Positions 57,301 to 64,000 of a stretch of DNA of 64,000 nt are shown here, one piece after another. The notes beneath the pieces were generated by a model. It saw nothing but the letters and a program-made list of their open reading frames with translations. It did not search any database and was not told where the DNA came from. This DNA is from Trichosphaerium sp. ATCC 40318 (taxonomy: Eukaryota; Protista; Tubulinea), in the NCBI GenBank assembly GCA_038496445.1, contig JALMLS010000048.1, positions 38,769-102,768 of the forward strand, in the 5' to 3' direction. The stretch's first letter is position 1; the number at the start of each line of letters is the position of its first letter. A program made the position numbers and the translations under genes.

Positions 57301-59400
57301 ATGTGGCAATACTTCGTCTTTGTTCTGTTGCTACTCTCAATAACTTCTCTTACACTCGGGTCAAAGTACTCATCGGCTGGTAAGAATAAAATAACAACAC
57401 TGAGTGTGAGCGATTATTCAACAACTTATGACGCGTTCTAGATGATTGTGATAGCTTTGTAGCAAGTTTTGGCACCAATACTGTACACTATCATCAAAAG
57501 AAGGATTTTAGCGATTAAACAACATGTAGGGAAACGGCACGCGTGAGGCACCTTATCACTCCATTGAACAGGCGATTGAGAAAGTTTCGTGTCTCGAAAG
57601 CAAAGATTGCGTTATATGTATAGGTGGTACGTTAAAACAGTCACTTGTCAAATACTAGACGAATCGATTTGAGAAAAACAGCAAAAGCCACCTAGTTTGT
57701 TTTCAAAAAAACACGTGGTTGACTTTCCTTTTTAAGCTCGTTGAAATTCACGTGTCTGCTTTTAGGTAATGTTTCCATTGACACAGCAACGACTGTTTTG
57801 TGGGGTGCTAAGAACCCACTTGTACTAAGAGGATTCAATTGGATCCCAACTCAGATGGGTAACCCTGTATTACTTGATCTGGTACGCGTATAAAACTTGA
57901 ACATTCAGCTTACTTTTTATTTGATGCAGACTTTCAATATTTCGAACGAAGTCTCTGTTACTCTCGAACGTTCGTAGTTTATCTTCACTGTGATCTTACT
58001 TACAATTTTATCAGGTTTGACAGTAGCTACAACACTAGCTTGGAACGCAACCAGTGCCAAATCTGTAAATATTACAGTGTCCCAGTGTTCATTAAGTTTT
58101 CTTTCGTATTTCAACGTGTTGCCAGCCGAGATTCATATCATTGACTCAATCCTAACGTCATCATTCAACTATTGTTTGCGTGTTACTGAATCAAGCGGTA
58201 CTAGTCTATATATTTCTGGTACATCTATTAAGTGCTCGGCCGACTACAGAGGTACTGTCCCCAAATCATAATTTTGTGTCTTATAATCTTTGACAACAGG
58301 GAAGAACCTTGTGATGCGAGATTCTACCTTTGATAAACTATCCATTGGCGGAGAAAATAGTAACATTGCTAACGTTGAGATACGGAACTCAGTACAGAAG
58401 TGCACATCGCCAGAAGGGGTACTTTGCAACTGTGTTTAATATGCTAAATTGTCGTTAGGATTGTCTATCTTTCGGATCCAAAGATGAAGACTTCGGTGTT
58501 GTACTTGTAAATAATACTTTCACAGCATCCAACAAAATGTATTATACCTCCTTGCAACGGCTTATATCTCATGAACATTAGGAACACGATGATGTCACTA
58601 GACGTTTACAACAATAACAGATATAATTTGATACTCAAGGAGAATACTTTTGAATGTAACCCTTCAGTAAGTGCCTCTTGCTCAAAGATTTTACGCCTTG
58701 AACCTAACATGTCCATCTATAGAGTGAATTTACACTTATACGTGGCGATTTCAAACAGAACTACACAACTGTTACGCTTCTGAATCAAACAATTCCAGAC
58801 TCGTGTCAAAGTACATAAAAAACTATGTACTTTTATTTATCCTATTTAAGGTAACTGCAGTCTTGGTCAAGCGAGTCACGAACGATTGTTTTCTTGTAAG
58901 GCCTGTTGGTATGGGTTTTTTGCTAATACATCTGATGCATCAAACTGCTCAGCATGCCCAGTTGGTAAGCGCTTACACTGATTTCTTTTTTGGCTAACAC
59001 TTTTCGAAAGGTACCGTTGGTCAACAACTAGCAAGTGTAAAATGCACACCTTGTGAACCTGGTAGTTTCGGAAATACAACGTACTCATCACTCTTTTGTT
59101 TTGTGTTTTTTCCATAGAATTATTACTAATGTTGTTTTTAAAAAGAGGCGCATATGTTTGTACAGCATGTGCAAATAATACATACCAAGATTTATCAGGT
59201 CAATCAACTTGTAAAATATCCAAGTAGAAACATATCCGACGACAACGCAAAATGTGCTCCATGCTTTAAAGGTTTCTTTCCAAAAGATGGAGTATGCGCT
59301 GCATGCCCTTGGTACTTTACAAATAACATTGGAGACTTGGAATGTACAACACGTTACCACTTAGGTTCATAAATAAAATACATTAGTTTTTTAGTGCGCT
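57301..59400 (+). CDS. Secreted/surface protein with a beta-helix-like N-terminus and Cys-rich CxxC (TNFR/ephrin-receptor-like) repeats, truncated at the fold-back
   Basis: Signal peptide MWQYFVFVLLLLSITSLTLG; GNGTREAPYHSIEQAI motif; CKACWYGFF, CSACPVG, CTPCEPGSF, CAPCFKGFF repeats. Confidence 0.65.
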
Positions 59401-59413
59401 TACTGACACGACT

Positions 59414-60998
59414 GAAAACAATCGTTCGTGACTCGCTTGACAAGACTGCAGTTACCTTAAATAGGATAAATAAAAGTACATAGTTTTTTATGTACTTTGT
59501 CTGGAATTGTTTGATTCAGAAGCGTAACAGTTGTGTAGTTCTGTTTGAAATCGCCACGTATAAGTGTAAATTCACTCTATAGATGGACATGTTAGGTTCA
59601 AGGCGTAAAATCTTTGAGCAAGAGGCACTTACTGAAGGGTTACATTCAAAAGTATTCTCCTTGAGTATCAAATTATATCTGTTATTGTTGTAAACGTCTA
59701 GTGACATCATCGTGTTCCTAATGTTCATGAGATATAAGCCGTTGCAAGGAGGTATAATACATTTTGTTGGATGCTGTGAAAGTATTATTTACAAGTACAA
59801 CACCGAAGTCTTCATCTTTGGATCCGAAAGATAGACAATCCTAACGACAATTTAGCATATTAAACACAGTTGCAAAGTACCCCTTCTGGCGATGTGCACT
59901 TCTGTACTGAGTTCCGTATCTCAACGTTAGCAATGTTACTATTTTCTCCGCCAATGGATAGTTTATCAAAGGTAGAATCTCGCATCACAAGGTTCTTCCC
60001 TGTTGTCAAAGATTATAAGACACAAAATTATGATTTGGGGACAGTACCTCTGTAGTCGGCCGAGCACTTAATAGATGTACCAGAAATATATAGACTAGTA
60101 CCGCTTGATTCAGTAACACGCAAACAATAGTTGAATGATGACGTTAGGATTGAGTCAATGATATGAATCTCGGCTGGCAACACGTTGAAATACGAAAGAA
60201 AACTTAATGAACACTGGGACACTGTAATATTTACAGATTTGGCACTGGTTGCGTTCCAAGCTAGTGTTGTAGCTACTGTCAAACCTGATAAAATTGTAAG
60301 TAAGATCACAGTGAAGATAAACTACGAACGTTCGAGAGTAACAGAGACTTCGTTCGAAATATTGAAAGTCTGCATCAAATAAAAAGTAAGCTGAATGTTC
60401 AAGTTTTATACGCGTACCAGATCAAGTAATACAGGGTTACCCATCTGAGTTGGGATCCAATTGAATCCTCTTAGTACAAGTGGGTTCTTAGCACCCCACA
60501 AAACAGTCGTTGCTGTGTCAATGGAAACATTACCTAAAAGCAGACACGTGAATTTCAACGAGCTTAAAAAGGAAAGTCAACCACGTGTTTTTTTGAAAAC
60601 AAACTAGGTGGCTTTTGCTGTTTTTCTCAAATCGATTCGTCTAGTATTTGACAAGTGACTGTTTTAACGTACCACCTATACATATAACGCAATCTTTGCT
60701 TTCGAGACACGAAACTTTCTCAATCGCCTGTTCAATGGAGTGATAAGGTGCCTCACGCGTGCCGTTTCCCTACATGTTGTTTAATCGCTAAAATCCTTCT
60801 TTTGATGATAGTGTACAGTATTGGTGCCAAAACTTGCTACAAAGCTATCACAATCATCTAGAACGCGTCATAAGTTGTTGAATAATCGCTCACACTCAGT
60901 GTTGTTATTTTATTCTTACCAGCCGATGAGTACTTTGACCCGAGTGTAAGAGAAGTTATTGAGAGTAGCAACAGAACAAAGACGAAGTATTGCCACAT
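59414..60998 (-). other. Inverted copy of the 5' part of the Cys-rich surface protein gene
   Basis: Reverse complement of 57301-58893. Confidence 0.85.
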
Positions 60999-61308
60999 TG
61001 ATGTTTCGTAAAATACTACAGAAATTTCGTACTTTTGAAGAAGACACGTGTCAAGTTCACTGACCAAATTGAGGTGCAATTTTTTTACTTATGTAAAGTC
61101 ATTTTATACTTTAGGTGAGATTAGGCATTACGCTGTTAATTGACATCTGCTTTTTCGTGGTACACATGAAACAACCTATCACAGTTAATACTACTGATGT
61201 CGTTACCCCACATTGCATTGGCCATTGTAGGTGTAGTCGAAAGAACAGGAGGACTTGTAAACGCCAGTAAATAACAGCAAATACAGTCTTGTTTTTAAAA
61301 TTACTTTA

Positions 61309-64000
61309 CTAAGAGTTTAACAAAATATCAGGCATATCAGCATCTGATAAGAAATCATCATCATCCATGTTATGTAATGCTGTGTAATCAATTGCATTTG
61401 AACGTTTGTGACGTTTGCTAAAAAAAAATTAGTTCATCACACTTGAAGGATTAAAGTGGTCTTATCGAAGAGGTACTTACAATAAATATAGTATAATTAT
61501 TATCAAGAAGATTAAAAATATGATTGTCACCAAGGGTATACCAACAACGAGCCTTAAAAGGGGGATTAGTTTCATCTATTTCAAAGAAAAAAAACTGATT
61601 TGTTGTGAGTAAAGATTGAACAAGGTTCTACACGAAATATGAAAAACGTGTACCCAATATCCAGTTTATGAGGCTCACTATGACTAGCAGTTGGTCCTGT
61701 GACGTTTGAAGAAACTGGTGGGTCTGATATTGGAGAAACATGCCCAGTGGTTGGAGGTTCAGTTGTTATAGTAGTTGGAGGTACTGTTGTTGGCTGTGTA
61801 CTTGGTGTTAACGTAGTTGGCGGATCAGACGGAGAGATAGTAGGTGATATTGTAGTTGGTGTTGCAGTAGGAGATACAGTTGAAGGTTGTATTGTAGGTG
61901 AAAGTGTAGTTGGTGCTGAAGTCGGAACCGCAGGGTGTATTGTAGGTGAAAGTGTACTAGATGGTGTTGTGGGCGTCATTGTAGGTTCTGGTGGCACATC
62001 TGTAATATGCAATGTTGTTATTGCGTGAAGTAGGTCAATTCCATTAGCTAGTATTTGTGTTAGCATTCAGCTCGCTGAGAGGAACAATAAAAAGTACTTT
62101 TGATAGATTCTGTTGGTTCAGAAAATTGTAGTTCAAGAGCAGTCACTTCTGAGACGTTTGCATAAGGCCATATCATTTGATTCAGTGTTATATTTATAGG
62201 CAATGGCTTATTTGTTGGTTGATATAATCGTATGATATGTCCTTTTAGCCTATTCGCAGATTTGGCGGTTGTAACAATACAGTTTGGATTTGATGTCTGT
62301 AAAAAACAAGTTACACATTTACAGCTTTTTCTTGTTTTATGTACCGCTACTAGACTGAATTCAAGTGGTAGAGTTTTCGGGTTTGGTGTAATATTAGATG
62401 GCATCACACCAATTAACGGAGTGTTAAAAGCAAGAGACTCTTTCAATGCAGTAGTGAATCCTTGAGGTAGCAACCAGTTTAATGAAAAAATTGCTTCCAA
62501 AAACTGTTACCTTCTTCTTGTAGTCCGCTTGGAATGCGTAAAGCATATCTTAGCACATGAAATCTGTTATCCTCTCCTATAGCTCCCTAAAACTTATAAG
62601 ACCAAATACTTTATTCACTAAAACGCACATATTCTCCACAGCGACTTGAAGGGTTTCTCATTAAATTCCTATTTCTTCTTTAATACGAAAAAAAGAAGAA
62701 ATTGTTACCCATATAATTTTCCATCAGGAGGATTTATGCCCCATGAAGGTATACCATCATGGTAGACTGCTCCCAATATACTACCAACACTATCTTTGAC
62801 AATAACAAAGTTATGTGTGGCGTGCATCACAGCTCTAAATGCATGTGTTTGTTGCAGATTGTATTCCCAAGCTGTTTTTGTATCCCAGTGATATGGTGTT
62901 CCATGAACCTTTGAAATACTTTAGGGGAGGTTATGAATTAAACAATGTGTACCATTTCTGTTGATTTATTCGAAAAAGAAAAAGAAACAAATGTACTAGA
63001 ACCTTGAGGACAACCTCCTTCAACTTCGATTCTAACCATTTTTTCACCTATTGCGCAATCAAATTAAGGTTAACGTTGTTGATTACCTGCAACGAGAGAG
63101 TACGTTACTCTATAATTAGACAACGGGCCTTGCTCTGGAATTTCTTGTACAACCTAAAGGGATAACTTTAGATATTTACTATTGTTTGTTTCTTTGTACG
63201 TCAGCTCGTAATACAACTCTCAATGGACCGTTTTCAAGTAACTTAATGTCTCTTACTGTTGATGTATAAGTCTGGAGGTTAAATGGTCCTCCACATTCGT
63301 AACCATAGACATAAATACCGCCCCCTAAGAAGGACAACACTTTAGTTCTGAAATTAAAAAAATCGTACCATCTTCAAACATTTCAAAGTTGTTACTTTGT
63401 GAATCTAATACTTCACGTGATATTATTTTATCCATCAGTGATGTTATAGTAAACCCATTATCTCTATAAACGTTTCATCGGTTAATATATTTCAAACACA
63501 TCAACTGTGCATACGTGTCAATAGTAGCTCTCAGAAAGCTATTTTCTAGAAAATACAGTGATCCGTTTGTACTTATAACGGCTGCTTGTGGCGGCTGTTT
63601 ATTTGGATCATGTACCGTCCATCCAATACTTGGTACTTCTTCAACATAATATAACGTACCTCCAGTAGCTGAAGGTGTGTAACATTCAATTGATCAGCTT
63701 GATAAATTTTAACTCAGTGGAAAAACGTTTTCATCACGTACCTGAAACTTTAGCCGTAGGTATGTCCACTACACCTCCAACTTTGAAACCATTTTGGTTG
63801 AAAACCTAAATGTTGTTATCAGCTAACAGAATATATATAGAAACTAAAAATGACGTGTCTAATACGATTGACTTACTATGACATTCGAACTATAATAAAC
63901 TTTGACTAAAACGTTAAGAGTAGCTTCAGTATGTAACTAGCATCCTCATAGTTTTTTAGACGATACTTTTATTTGTTCACCGTCGTATACGTAATCATTG
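61309..64000 (-). other. Inverted copy of the 3' part of the GH38 gene
   Basis: Reverse complement of 54297-56989. Confidence 0.85.

Larger units (their letters stand above)
54297..64000. repeat. Large near-perfect inverted duplication: 54297-58893 versus 59414-64000 (runs to the window end), with a ~520-bp spacer
   Basis: Identical ORFs are mirrored (55798+/62500-, 57917-/60382+, 58571+/59728-); the arms differ only by small indels and substitutions. Confidence 0.97.

Noticed and set aside
1-64000. Alternative genetic code or widespread pseudogenisation as the cause of fragmented ORFs
   Set aside because: The breaks are explained by short spliceosomal introns; long intronless ORFs read cleanly in the standard code, and TAA, TAG and TGA all occur as terminators.

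Overview
AT-rich, gene-dense eukaryotic nuclear DNA with many short spliceosomal introns (often ~40-100 nt) and the standard genetic code. The host is most plausibly an amoebozoan protist; this is inferred from a Dictyostelium GacA-like RhoGAP and the general gene style. Spliced genes: a secreted RTX-repeat-like protein, SMARCAL1/ZRANB3-type SNF2 ATPase, GH92 alpha-mannosidase, RhoGAP, ABCG half-transporter, 2OG-Fe(II) oxygenase, SAM methyltransferase, ExoIII/APE1, a beta-helix + DNRLRE/CBM96-like secreted protein, two tandem secreted paralogs, a membrane-anchored GH38 mannosidase and a Cys-rich surface protein. Intronless genes: F-box+WD40, F-box-like+MORN2, F-box+LRR and a Gfo/Idh/MocA dehydrogenase. 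Highlights: (1) a circularly permuted tRNA-Tyr(GTA) at 14969-15045 (-) whose halves complement each other exactly at an unusual 41/42 junction with no obvious BHB motif; (2) a single-polypeptide AccD-AccA-pyruvate carboxyltransferase-BCCP transcarboxylase with no biotin carboxylase, carrying a U12-type AT-AC intron; (3) a 5'-truncated RT-RNaseH non-LTR retrotransposon with a 13-bp TSD, a structured 3' UTR and a poly(T) rather than poly(A) tail; (4) several GC-AG introns and an apparent excess of CACGTG; (5) a >4.5 kb fold-back inverted duplication at the window end that is probably an amplification/assembly chimera. Exon boundaries were inferred by eye and need RNA-seq confirmation.
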